A DNA stretch of 64,000 nt from an uncultured delta proteobacterium (GCA_963803435.1 CAWDML010000009.1:160001-224000); one strand, 5' to 3'; counted from the first letter of the stretch, positions 51,822 through 61,433 are shown. Program-made: numbers and translations. The notes: generated from the sequence alone by a model not told the origin.

Positions 51822-53894
51822 GTGGTACGGTCCGCGACCGTGGCATCGAAAGGCTCTGTGCTTCCGATCGCCCTACTCATAGCGACGGCCACCACATCGA
51901 CGTTGTCGTGTGGCCCGAAGAGCGTCGTGGTGAACGGCGTGAAGATGTCCTACGAGGACGGGGCGGGCGTCGTCTATGACGAGGGCAAGGAGGCCCAGAA
52001 GGACGGCGACACCACCACCGCCAAGGCGCGCTTCCGGGACGTCATCGAGCTCTTCCCCGAGTCGAAGAAGGTCCCCGACGCCCTGGGCGAGCTGGGCTAC
52101 CTCTTGTTCGAGGAGGGCGGCTGCACTGCCGCCCGCACGTATCTCGAGCGGCTCGCCACCGACTATCCGCTCCACGCGCGAGGCCGGCAGGCGAAGGAGA
52201 AGCTCCAGACCTGCGACGGGACGGCGACGCCGGACAACCCCGTCACCACCTTCGACAAGGACTACAATCAGGCCGCCAGCGACGCCGAGAAGAAGGACGT
52301 CGCGTCACGGGCCGCCGACGGGTCGATGGAGGCGGGCGACTACACCTCGGCGGCCCGGTGGCTCCTGAAGGTCCGCGAGCTCGAGTCCGACCCGGCGCAG
52401 AAGCACGCGCTCGAGGATGAGATCACCGAGCTGATCGAGGACCGCGTCAGCTTCCGCGGGGTCCGCCAGCTGTACGACGAGACCCGCGGCAGCGACTTCC
52501 CCAAGCCGCTCTTGACCTACAAGCTCGGCCGCGTCCTCTACCACGTGCGCGATCTCGACAACGCGAAGAGCACGCTCGAGAGCTACCTGTCGAGCTGGCC
52601 CACCGGCCCCTTCGCCGACGGCGCCCGGCAGATGATCTCGATGATCGAGGCCCGCGGCGACGTCAAGCCGAACACGGTGGGCGTGCTCTTGCCGTTGAGC
52701 GGGCGGCACCGCAGCTATGGCGAGCTCGGCCTGCAGGCGATCAAGCTGGCGTTCGAGGGCAGCAAGATCGCGCTGGTGGTGCGCGACACCAAGAGCGACA
52801 GCGCCACCGCCTCCGAGATGATGCAGGAGCTGGCGCTCCAGGAGGGCTCGATCGGCGTCATCGGCCCGCTGTTCTCGTTCGAGGCCGAGCCTGCGGGCGC
52901 CAAGGCCCAGCAGCTGGGCGTGCCGTTGATGACGATCAGCGTGGGCGAGGCGCTGGCCCAGCTCGGGCCCTACGTCTTCCGCAACGGGCTCACCAACAAG
53001 GTGCAGGCGGAGGCCTTGGTCCGCTGGGCGATGGACGTCCAGGGGATGAAGAAGTTCGCCATCCTCTATCCGCGTCACCCCTACGGCGAGGAGCTGCTCA
53101 ACTACTTCTGGGACGAGGTCGAGAAGCGAAAGGGCGAGATCCGCGGCGTCGAGTCTTACGCGATGGGCGACACCACCTTCACCTGGCAGGTGAAGCGGCT
53201 GGTGGCGCGGGATCAGCTGGGCACGCGCGCCGACTACCGCAAGGCTCGGCAGGACTGCGCCAAGCAGCCCGACAGCTACCGGCGGGCGCGCTGCGAGGAT
53301 GACGTCAAGAAGAACGTCAGCCCGATCGTCGACTTCGACGCCCTGTTCATCCCCGACTACTACCAGAACGTCTCGATGATCACGGCGGCGCTGGCGGTCG
53401 AGGACGTGATCGTCGAGCAGGACCCGCGCCGGCTCAAGATCATCGAGAAGACGCTCGGGCGCGAGGTGAAGCCGGTGACGCTGCTGGGCGCCAGCGGCTG
53501 GTACAGCGATCAGCTCCTCGAGCGCGCCGAGCGCAACGTCGAGAACGCCGTGTTCACGGAGGCCTTCTTCGCCGAGGCCGACGACAAGCGGGTCGACGAG
53601 TTCGTCCGCAACTACAAGAAGAAGTACGATCGCGCGCCGGCGCTCTATCCCGAGGCGCTGCTGTACGACACCGCTCGGATCTTCCGCACCGTCCTCGAGA
53701 AGCAGCACCCGCAGACCCGGGAGGCCTTCCGCGCCGCGCTCCGCGATCTCCGCGACTTCCCCGGGGTCACCGGGAACATCTCGTTCGCGAACGGCACCGA
53801 CGCCGAGCGTCGCGTGAAGCTGATCCGGATCAAGAACGGAAAGTTCGAAGAGATCCCGCCGGTGAAGACCGAGGTGAAGAGCGGAAAGGGCTAG
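51822..53894 (+). CDS. LpoA/LppC-like penicillin-binding-protein activator with a TPR N-terminus
   Basis: Lipoprotein-like N-terminus, TPR-like helices, VGVLLPLSG, GVIGPL, DALFIPD, FPGVTG. Confidence 0.85.
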   Translation: MVRSATVASKGSVLPIALLIATATTSTLSCGPKSVVVNGVKMSYEDGAGVVYDEGKEAQKDGDTTTAKARFRDVIELFPESKKVPDALGELGYLLFEEGGCTAARTYLERLATDYPLHARGRQAKEKLQTCDGTATPDNPVTTFDKDYNQAASDAEKKDVASRAADGSMEAGDYTSAARWLLKVRELESDPAQKHALEDEITELIEDRVSFRGVRQLYDETRGSDFPKPLLTYKLGRVLYHVRDLDNAKSTLESYLSSWPTGPFADGARQMISMIEARGDVKPNTVGVLLPLSGRHRSYGELGLQAIKLAFEGSKIALVVRDTKSDSATASEMMQELALQEGSIGVIGPLFSFEAEPAGAKAQQLGVPLMTISVGEALAQLGPYVFRNGLTNKVQAEALVRWAMDVQGMKKFAILYPRHPYGEELLNYFWDEVEKRKGEIRGVESYAMGDTTFTWQVKRLVARDQLGTRADYRKARQDCAKQPDSYRRARCEDDVKKNVSPIVDFDALFIPDYYQNVSMITAALAVEDVIVEQDPRRLKIIEKTLGREVKPVTLLGASGWYSDQLLERAERNVENAVFTEAFFAEADDKRVDEFVRNYKKKYDRAPALYPEALLYDTARIFRTVLEKQHPQTREAFRAALRDLRDFPGVTGNISFANGTDAERRVKLIRIKNGKFEEIPPVKTEVKSGKG

Positions 53895-53909
53895 CGCGGC
53901 GGCGCTCGC

Positions 53910-54887
53910 GTGCGGATCCTCCGGCCCCTCCTCCTGTTCGCCGCCACCATCGGCACGACCTGCTGGGCGCTCGGCTGGGCCGGCGGGCTGACGCTGATGG
54001 CGATCCTCGTCTCCCACGAGATGGGGCACTACCTGACGGCGCGGCGACACGGTGTCCCCGCCTCGCTCCCGCACTTCATCCCCATGCCGCCGTTCTTCCT
54101 GCTGGGCACGCTCGGCGCGGTGATCAGCATGCGGACCGATCGGGCCACCCGGAACCAGCTGATGGACATCGGCGCCGCCGGGCCGATCGCCGGCTTTCTG
54201 GTGGCGGTGCCGGCCATGATCGCAGGCGTGATGCTCTCGAAGGTCGCGCCCATCTCCGGGCCGACGGCCTATCTCGGCGATTCGATGCTCAGCTACGTGA
54301 TCACCGAGCTGCTCGCCCCGGCGCGACCTCCCGGGACCGATCTGATGGCCCACTCGGTCTTGATGGGCGCCTGGGGCGGGTTCCTGGTCACCGCGATCAA
54401 CCTGATCCCGCTGGGTCAGCTCGACGGCGGACACGTGCTCTACGCCTTCTCACCGCGCGCCTCTGAGGTCTGGATGCGCCGGATCTACAAGCTGCTGATC
54501 GTCCTCGGTGTGGTCGGCCTCCTGGTCCACGTGCCGTTCATGCTCCCCGAGAGCGTGGAGGTACCGCCGGCGCTCTTGACCGTGCTCCGGCCCTTCCGGC
54601 CGTACATCACTTACGCGCTCCTCATCTGGGCTCTCTTCGGCCGCTTCACCGGCCTCCGCCATCCACCGGTCGTGGACGAGACCGAGCCGCTCACGCCGCG
54701 CCGGCGCTACACGGCGTACGCGTGCCTCGCCATCATGCTGCTGACCTTCATGCCGAGCCCTATTTGGATGGACCGCGGTGAAAGTCCGGTGACGACGACG
54801 TCTTCGCCTTCGCCTGACGGAGGAGACCGAGCTCCACCAGGAGATGCACCAGAATCAGCGCCGCTCGCTCCTCCAGCGGAGCGCTGA
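53910..54887 (+). CDS. site-2 protease (M50)
   Basis: HEMGH, IGAAGPIAG, NLIPLGQLDGGH. Confidence 0.92.
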   Translation: MRILRPLLLFAATIGTTCWALGWAGGLTLMAILVSHEMGHYLTARRHGVPASLPHFIPMPPFFLLGTLGAVISMRTDRATRNQLMDIGAAGPIAGFLVAVPAMIAGVMLSKVAPISGPTAYLGDSMLSYVITELLAPARPPGTDLMAHSVLMGAWGGFLVTAINLIPLGQLDGGHVLYAFSPRASEVWMRRIYKLLIVLGVVGLLVHVPFMLPESVEVPPALLTVLRPFRPYITYALLIWALFGRFTGLRHPPVVDETEPLTPRRRYTAYACLAIMLLTFMPSPIWMDRGESPVTTTSSPSPDGGDRAPPGDAPESAPLAPPAER

Positions 54888-57024
54888 GCAGCCACTCGCC
54901 GATCGTGTCGTACTGGGGCAGCACCTTGAGCCAGCTGATCTCGGACGGGCTCAGGTTGAGGTACGCCGTCACCGAGTCGAAGTCGGATGAGCGAGAGTAG
55001 GCGCAGTCGAGGTACGGCGCGATCGCGCGCTCCAGATCGCGGTTAGAGCGGGTCCGATCGACGATCAGAGGGAGGAGACCGTAGATGGAGGTCGCGAACG
55101 GTCGCGTGCTGTTCGGCGGCGTGGAGGCGTCGAAGGCGAAGTGGCCCGAGCTCCAGGCGAAGATCGTCTCCAGCCGGAGCGTCATGACGAACGCCCGGCA
55201 GCGATCCACGTCGACGTTGGCGCGCCGGCTGAGCACGTACTCGAGCGGGCGCTGCTCCGCGATCATCACACGCAGGCAGTCGTCCAGCTGGTTCGGTCGG
55301 ACCAGGCCGTGCTGCACCAGCAGCGTCTGTGGCTGGAGCTCAGGATCGCTAGCGCCGACATAGGTGGGCTGGCCGTGGAAGAAGTGGACCTCGCGCCGGG
55401 CCGCCGGCGGTAGCGAGGCCTTCGCGACCACCAGCCGTCCGGTGACGCGCTGGCGCGCCATCTCGCCCAGCAGCGAGATGATGCTGCGGCCTGACAGCGA
55501 TCCCGAGACGGCGCCCCGGGGCATGAACGTATCGGGGGTCCCGATCTCCTGGCCGCTCAGCTCCAGGAACTGGGGCACCGAGATCCAGTGGATGCCGTCG
55601 CTCCCGATCGAGACGCTGCTCCCGGAGAACTCGAGGTGCGATCGAACCTTCTCCATCACCTCGGTGAGGTAGAGCGGGCCGAGCTCACCCGTGCTGGTCT
55701 TGAGGTAGTAGGCGGGTCCGGGTTGTCCGGAGAAGGGTTCGGTCACGTAGTTGCGGAGGATGTCGCCGGTCTCAACGTTGCCGGGGCCGCCGGGGATCGG
55801 GATGCGGGTCTCGGTCGTCTTGATGAAGTCGCTGGTGTCGTTGTTCCCAGGCCTCGCTCGGATGGGCGCCTTGGGTGCGGGTGCGACCGGTTTGCCCCGG
55901 ACGATCGAGTAGTTTCCGGAGTCCCAGGTGTCGAGGAGCATCGGCGGCGGTGTGCGATCGTCCTCGGGGACCGGTACCGCGACGACGTCGGGCGTCGGCG
56001 TGGCCCAGACCCCGGAGTCGCTGATCACGTCCCAAGGCGACAGCTCGAGGATCGGCTCTTCGCGAACCTCCTCCACGTCGATGATCAGATCGTCGGCCTC
56101 CTCCGCCGGATCGTCGAGGAGGGCACGGATCGCACGCTTGACCTCGCCGGCGGACAGCTGCGGCTTCACGCGGCGCAGGAGGTCGAGCAGCATCGCCTGC
56201 ATCTCCTGAGCGCTGGAGAGTCGCCGCCTCGGATCGACGTCGAGGCCCGACACCACGATCCGATCGAGCTCGCGCGGAATGTCGTGCGCGTACATCGAGG
56301 GCGGGACTCGCGGATCGAGGCAGACCGAGCGGATCATCTCGACGTTCGTCTTTCGTTTGAATAGACGACGCTGCGTCAAGCACTCCCAGAGCACGACCGA
56401 GGCGGCGAAGACGTCGATCCGATGATCGAAGCCTCTGCCCTCGAAGAGCTCCGGGGCCATGTACGGCAGCTTGCCTTTGATGTGATCGTCGAGCTCGGGT
56501 GTCGTCGTGGTCCCCTGCTGCGCGATGCCGAAGTCGCCTAGCTTCACGTCGCCCTGTCGCGACAGGAAGATGTTGTCCGGTGCGACGTCGCGGTGAATGA
56601 TGTTGCGCGGTCGGCCGGCCTCGTCGCAGAGATCATGCGTGTACACCAGGCCTTCCAGCACCTCACAGACGATGTGAAGGCTGAGCCAGGGAGGTACGCG
56701 CAGGCCACCCCGGGCGGCGCGCTTGAGCGCACGTCGCAGGTCGGATCCCGAGATGTACTCCATCACGATCAGCAGCTCGCCCTCGTGCTCGAGAAATTCG
56801 AAGACCTGCACGATGTTTCGATGCTGCACCTCAGCAGAGAGCCGTGCTTCCGCGACGAACATTCGGACCACTTCGGGGATGTCGCGGTAGCGTTGCTTCA
56901 GGCGCTTGACGACGACGGACTTGGCAAAACCGGCCGATCCGACAAGGCGTGCCCGGTACACGTCGGCCATGCCGCCAGATCCGATCCGATCGAGAAACTC
57001 GATTCTTTCCGGGCGCTGCTTCAT
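54760..57024 (-). CDS. Hanks-type Ser/Thr kinase with GYF_2-like and DUF4388-like C-terminal domains
   Basis: GSGGMADV, HRDVAPDN, DFGIAQ, YMAPE; ELGPLY; VSGSLSG...TGRL...FAWSSGHFAF. Confidence 0.9.
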   Translation of the reverse strand: MKQRPERIEFLDRIGSGGMADVYRARLVGSAGFAKSVVVKRLKQRYRDIPEVVRMFVAEARLSAEVQHRNIVQVFEFLEHEGELLIVMEYISGSDLRRALKRAARGGLRVPPWLSLHIVCEVLEGLVYTHDLCDEAGRPRNIIHRDVAPDNIFLSRQGDVKLGDFGIAQQGTTTTPELDDHIKGKLPYMAPELFEGRGFDHRIDVFAASVVLWECLTQRRLFKRKTNVEMIRSVCLDPRVPPSMYAHDIPRELDRIVVSGLDVDPRRRLSSAQEMQAMLLDLLRRVKPQLSAGEVKRAIRALLDDPAEEADDLIIDVEEVREEPILELSPWDVISDSGVWATPTPDVVAVPVPEDDRTPPPMLLDTWDSGNYSIVRGKPVAPAPKAPIRARPGNNDTSDFIKTTETRIPIPGGPGNVETGDILRNYVTEPFSGQPGPAYYLKTSTGELGPLYLTEVMEKVRSHLEFSGSSVSIGSDGIHWISVPQFLELSGQEIGTPDTFMPRGAVSGSLSGRSIISLLGEMARQRVTGRLVVAKASLPPAARREVHFFHGQPTYVGASDPELQPQTLLVQHGLVRPNQLDDCLRVMIAEQRPLEYVLSRRANVDVDRCRAFVMTLRLETIFAWSSGHFAFDASTPPNSTRPFATSIYGLLPLIVDRTRSNRDLERAIAPYLDCAYSRSSDFDSVTAYLNLSPSEISWLKVLPQYDTIGEWLLSAPLEERAALILVHLLVELGLLRQAKAKTSSSPDFHRGPSK

Positions 57025-57236
57025 GGCGCGCTTGGTCTACACGAAGATACGACGTGCCACGAGAAGTTGGCGATGTATCCGCGGCTGGTCGGTCGGTCGC
57101 TTGTGCAGACGCGTCTCACTTTTCGGCCCAGAAAACGGTGTACTCGCGTCGCGTCGATCACGTTCGCCGGCATCGATGCAAGCCGAGTTGACGACCCTCC
57201 AAGGGAAGCACGTATGCGTTTGGGACACCGCCCGGA

Positions 57237-58628
57237 CTACTTGCGGACGAGCAGGACATGCCCGACCCGCGCGTGCTTCTGGGAGTCCTCTACCTTCTTG
57301 ATCCGTATGACCGAGAATGCCAGCTGCTCGAGCCAGGCGGTGAGGCTCTCCAGCTTGTAGCGACGGCTGTACAGCATCGTGCACGCGCGCCGCTCATCCT
57401 GGAGCACCAGATCGTGACAGAAGTTGATCGAGCCGGGAATGCGGGCCGAGTCGTCGTCCTCACGCATCCAGATACGCATCTCCACATCGCTCGGCTTGCG
57501 TCCGGTGGCAGCCTCCCACCGCCGGTACGGGCCCTCGAGGAGGAGGCGCCGGTTGGCCTCGGCCGCGGTGATCTCGCGATCGCCGGTCGTCAACAGATAG
57601 AGCGGATCCTTCTCGATCGGGTCGAGCCGGAGACCTACCTCGATCCACACCAGGTCACCGGGGCGGACGATCTTCCACAGCTTCTCCCGCACGAAGATCT
57701 CTTCGTCGCGGAGGTTGCCGAAGACGTTGCCCAGCATCAGGACGAGCCGCGTACCGTCCCGCTCCTTCTGCAGCGTGGAGGGCAGGCGTCCGAGGAAGCT
57801 CAGGTTCCCCTCCTCGAAGTCCGAGCAGAAGCTCTTCACGCGGTGCCGCGTCCGCGAGCCGCTCCGCCCCTCTTCGCCGAGGAGCTTCTGGGCGCCGATG
57901 CCCGCGGTGACGAGGAGCGGGATGGAGACGTCCACCGGCGCGTAGCACATCCAGGGCAGCCGCTGGTCGGCCTGCTTCTCCAGGTCGAGCAGCCGCCGGA
58001 GCAGCATGAGCTCCTTGCCGCCCTCGCCGGGGCCGAGGCTGACGAGGTCGAGACCCCGCGGGGCGCCGCGACGGCTGAGACCGACGGCGTCGGCGATCGG
58101 GCCCTTGGTGCGTCCGTTCTCGTCCCGCGTCAGATCGAGCCAGGCGTCGGCGCAGCTCTCCACGCCGCTGAGCCAGGCCGCCTGCTCGTAGCCGCGGCCG
58201 ATCAGCTTCTCCCACGCGAGCGCGCCCATCGGCTCGTAATAGAGGAATCGATGTCCGAGGTAGTCGTACGCGACGCGATCGCGGAACTGGCGCTGGAGAT
58301 CGGACGGTGAGCTGCCGTCCTCGATCTCGATCGGGCTCAGGCGCGTCCCGTGCTTCACGGCCCCGGCCTGCTCGGCCATCGCCTCCAGCTGAACGGCGAG
58401 GTTTGCCTTGATGCCTCGGAGCTTTTGGGGCTTGAACTCCTGAACCGCCCCACCTCGCCAGTTTGCGACGTTCTCCGGGCTGACGCCCGCCAGCTCGGCG
58501 ACGTCCTTGTCGGAGGTGTAGCCCAGGAGGTCCGCCACGTGGAGGAACAGCTCCATCAGCTGGCTCGGGCCTTCCTTCTTTCTCTTGGTCGCCATGTTTT
58601 TTCTGGAGGGGGTCCGTTCTTTCGTCAT
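57237..58628 (-). CDS. HTH domain fused to an EgtD-like (histidine N-alpha) SAM-dependent methyltransferase
   Basis: DKDVAELAGVSPENVANWR (HTH); LVSLGPGEG, YAPVDVS, LGNVFGNL, YSRRY. Alternative start at 58595. Confidence 0.75.
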   Translation of the reverse strand: MTKERTPSRKNMATKRKKEGPSQLMELFLHVADLLGYTSDKDVAELAGVSPENVANWRGGAVQEFKPQKLRGIKANLAVQLEAMAEQAGAVKHGTRLSPIEIEDGSSPSDLQRQFRDRVAYDYLGHRFLYYEPMGALAWEKLIGRGYEQAAWLSGVESCADAWLDLTRDENGRTKGPIADAVGLSRRGAPRGLDLVSLGPGEGGKELMLLRRLLDLEKQADQRLPWMCYAPVDVSIPLLVTAGIGAQKLLGEEGRSGSRTRHRVKSFCSDFEEGNLSFLGRLPSTLQKERDGTRLVLMLGNVFGNLRDEEIFVREKLWKIVRPGDLVWIEVGLRLDPIEKDPLYLLTTGDREITAAEANRRLLLEGPYRRWEAATGRKPSDVEMRIWMREDDDSARIPGSINFCHDLVLQDERRACTMLYSRRYKLESLTAWLEQLAFSVIRIKKVEDSQKHARVGHVLLVRK

Positions 58629-58719
58629 CGGCCCTCCGTTTTCCGGCGCCGTCCCCCGTCCTGGAAGACCAACATCCTCCGAGAAGGCCGCTCTCGGCAA
58701 CTCACAGGGAGGACAGAAT

Positions 58720-59463
58720 ATGAAGACGATGGGATGGACGGGGCCCGTGTGGGCCATGGCGCTGCTCGCGGGGGGCGTCCCGGGCTGCGCGATGGACGAT
58801 GACCTGGGGACCGCGCCGATCGGCGTGACCCAGAGCGATCTCGATCGGCTGGGCGCGCACGCGCAGCTGACGCTCGACGCGACCGACGCCTCCTACCTGC
58901 TCGATCAGTCCGTCCGGCCCCTCGAGCTCGACCGCGTCAACCTCATCTGCCCCAACGGCGCCACCATGCCGCTGCGCGGATGGCTCGACGCGCGGAGCGC
59001 CGAGCTCAGCGCCGACCTCGGGAGGCTCGACGTCCTGTTCATCGGGCAGACGCCTCCCGACTGCACGGTGGGCCGCTGCGACTGCCAGGAGTGCGACCTC
59101 TGCCCGGACGGTCTCTGGGTTTGCTACAACACCTGCGGCGAATCGTGGAACAACGCGCAGCGCCAGTGGGACGCCGAGCACCAGGATCCCCGCGTCGACC
59201 ATCCGAACACCCCGCCCACCGATCCGAATGATCCCGGCGATCCGCCGCCGGATGACGGCACCGGGGGCGGCGGCGGCGAGGGCACCGGCGGCGGCGGCGG
59301 CGGCGGCGACGGGACCGGTGGGGGCGGGGGCGGTCACGGCGGCGGCAACGGCGGCGGCGGGAGCTCCGGGGGCGGCGCGGCCGGCGGTGGCTCCGGCGGC
59401 TCGTCCGGGGGCGGCGCCGGCGGGGGGCGCAGCAGCGGCGGCGGGATCGGCGGCGGTTACTAG
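58720..59463 (+). CDS. lipoprotein with a Cys cluster and a Gly-rich tail
   Basis: GGAGG RBS, VPGC lipobox, CDCQECDLCPDG, poly-Gly C-terminus. Its TAG stop is part of the IS target CTAG. Confidence 0.75.
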   Translation: MKTMGWTGPVWAMALLAGGVPGCAMDDDLGTAPIGVTQSDLDRLGAHAQLTLDATDASYLLDQSVRPLELDRVNLICPNGATMPLRGWLDARSAELSADLGRLDVLFIGQTPPDCTVGRCDCQECDLCPDGLWVCYNTCGESWNNAQRQWDAEHQDPRVDHPNTPPTDPNDPGDPPPDDGTGGGGGEGTGGGGGGGDGTGGGGGGHGGGNGGGGSSGGGAAGGGSGGSSGGGAGGGRSSGGGIGGGY

Positions 59464-59549
59464 GAGCGTGTAGCGCGTAAGCGCTCACGCGACCTCGGTC
59501 CGGGTCCCGGTCCCGGTCCGGGTCCCGATCTGAAGATGGCTGCCTTGAG

Positions 59550-60678
59550 TCAGACGCTCGCGACGGTCGCGAGCTTCGATCGGTAGAGCTTGAGCAGGTT
59601 GTGGGTGAGGCAGACGAGCGTCCACTCGGCTCGTACCTTGAAGAAGGAGCGGAGCGAGAACCGGCGGAATCCTCGTGCCCCTTTGATCTGTCCGAGCGCC
59701 GGTTCGACGATACTCTTCCTGCGGGCGTAGTGTTCGGGTCCAACAGCGATGTGGGCATCGATCTGATTGTTGTCGCAGAATTCGATGTTGGTCGCGCTCA
59801 GATAGCCGTTGTCTGCCGTCATCTTCCGCGGAGCATCGCCGCAGTTGCCGAACACATCACGGAGCATCGGGACGAGGTGTTGCTGATCAGGTGCCTGGTT
59901 GCTGACCCCTTCGGCGACAATCACCTGAGCGTGCTCATCTACGACAACTTGGGCATTGTAGGCCTGGAGGTACGCTCCCTCCTTCAACATGATCCTGCTG
60001 TCTGAGTCGGTGAAGTTCCTCTGAGCGTTGGGCCTCGGTGTGCCGTCCACATTTGCAGGAACGCGATGATGCGGCCATCCATCACTTCGTTCAGTTGGGT
60101 CTGGGGATGGTTCGAGCTGGTCAGCCTGCGCTCTTGCCTTCTCGGCTCGAGTTCTCGCTCGCTTCTGCTCCACCCGATCCACAGAGCATCATCCGCTTTG
60201 CTCTGCTGCTCTTCGGCTTGCCTGCGCAATTTCTCCGCGCGAGCCCTGGCGGCATCCTGTTCCAGCGCAGCCTTCGCTTCTCGAATGCGGGCAAGGCGGG
60301 ATTCACGGCGAGCGAGCTCCGCTGGGATGTCCTCTTCAGTCTCTTCAACGCCCAGCCGCTCGTCTTCCTCTTGGTCGATCGTGCGCGCTCGCTCCAGCAG
60401 TTCTTCGATCTGGCAAAGCTTCAGGGCTTCCAGGAAGAGCGCTTTCAGTGCCTCCAGGTGGACGAGCCGAAACTCGTTGATCGTCGTGAAGTGGGGATGA
60501 CTTTCTCCAGCCAGCACCCGGAATGGAATGTCTTCGTAGGTCGCCCGCGCGATCCTCCGCGACGAATAGATGCCGGTGCAGTAGGCGTACAGAAGCAGCG
60601 CGATCATCATTCGAGGCGAGTACGGTCGCTCGCCTCGCGGGTCCTTCTCGGAGTCCAAGAACGGTATTGCTTCGCCAC
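59550..60678 (-). pseudogene. IS1182-family transposase remnant
   Basis: HPHFTTINEFR, QRNFTDSDSRIM, QAYNAQ, ADNGY, YARRKSIVEP. At least three deletions and a frameshift. Confidence 0.9.
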
Positions 60679-60797
60679 GAAACCATGGGATCAAGTCCAG
60701 GCGTCGAAGTCGATCCGCCCAACGATCGATTCCAGACGAAACGACCTCCAAGAACTTCTGCTGGTCAAAGTGGACGAGCTACCGCAAGCTAGCTTGC

Positions 60798-61166
60798 ATG
60801 GTCACTTTCGATCACGAGAAGCTCGTGGTCTACCAGCTCGCCGTCGAGTATGCCGACATCGCTGAAGAGATCGCACAAGAACTGCAACCCGGTCACGCTC
60901 ACGTCCGCGATCAGCTTCGGCGGGCATCCGATTCCATCGTGAACAACACCGCCGAGGGCGCCGGAGAGTTCAATCCACCTGAGAAGGCTCGCTTCTACCG
61001 GATGGCACTTCGCTCTGGCACCGAAAGCGCTGCCTCACTCCACACCTGCTTGAGGCGCCGACTCGCCAACGAGCAGAAGGTCCAAGCCGCCAGAGCCAAG
61101 CTCAAGCGCGTTGTCGAGAGGCTCACGCGCCTCATCAAGTCGATGAACGCACGCCGGGCTGCATGA
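60798..61166 (+). CDS. four helix bundle protein (23S rRNA IVP / Avd-like family)
   Basis: Intact 122 aa; three amino-acid differences from copy 1. Confidence 0.9.
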   Translation: MVTFDHEKLVVYQLAVEYADIAEEIAQELQPGHAHVRDQLRRASDSIVNNTAEGAGEFNPPEKARFYRMALRSGTESAASLHTCLRRRLANEQKVQAARAKLKRVVERLTRLIKSMNARRAA

Positions 61167-61246
61167 TCGCCATCGGGACCGGGACCCGGACCGGGACCCG
61201 GACCGGGCTCGCGGTAGCGCTACGCGCTACACGCTCCTAGACGGCA

Positions 61247-61278
61247 GCGAGATCAGATCCGAACTGACGGCTGCGAGC
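61247..61278. repeat. dispersed intergenic motif, copy B
   Basis: GCGAGATCAGATCCGAACTGACGGCTGCGAGC, 6 bp outside the IS target duplication. Confidence 0.7.
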
Positions 61279-61433
61279 TGCGAGCTGTCGACGCGGGGCT
61301 GCGCCAGCACGGAATTCAAGTGAACTCGAGCGTTTGAGGCGCGGCCTCGCGAAGACGATCGATTCCGGGCCGCTCCGCCAAAGCGCCGAATTTCCAGCCG
61401 TGATAGGTGCTCTCTCTCGGAGCACCCGCTCGG

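Larger units (their letters stand above)
59464..61236. mobile_element. IS1182-type element copy 2 (1773 bp, internally deleted) carrying a four-helix-bundle passenger gene
   Basis: Same TIRs as copy 1; perfect CTAG duplication at 59460-63 and 61237-40. Confidence 0.9.

Noticed and set aside
28162-61236. Composite transposon spanning the 30 kb between the two IS copies
   Set aside because: Each copy has its own target flanks, and the intervening DNA holds core genes (rpmB, rpsR, moaDE).
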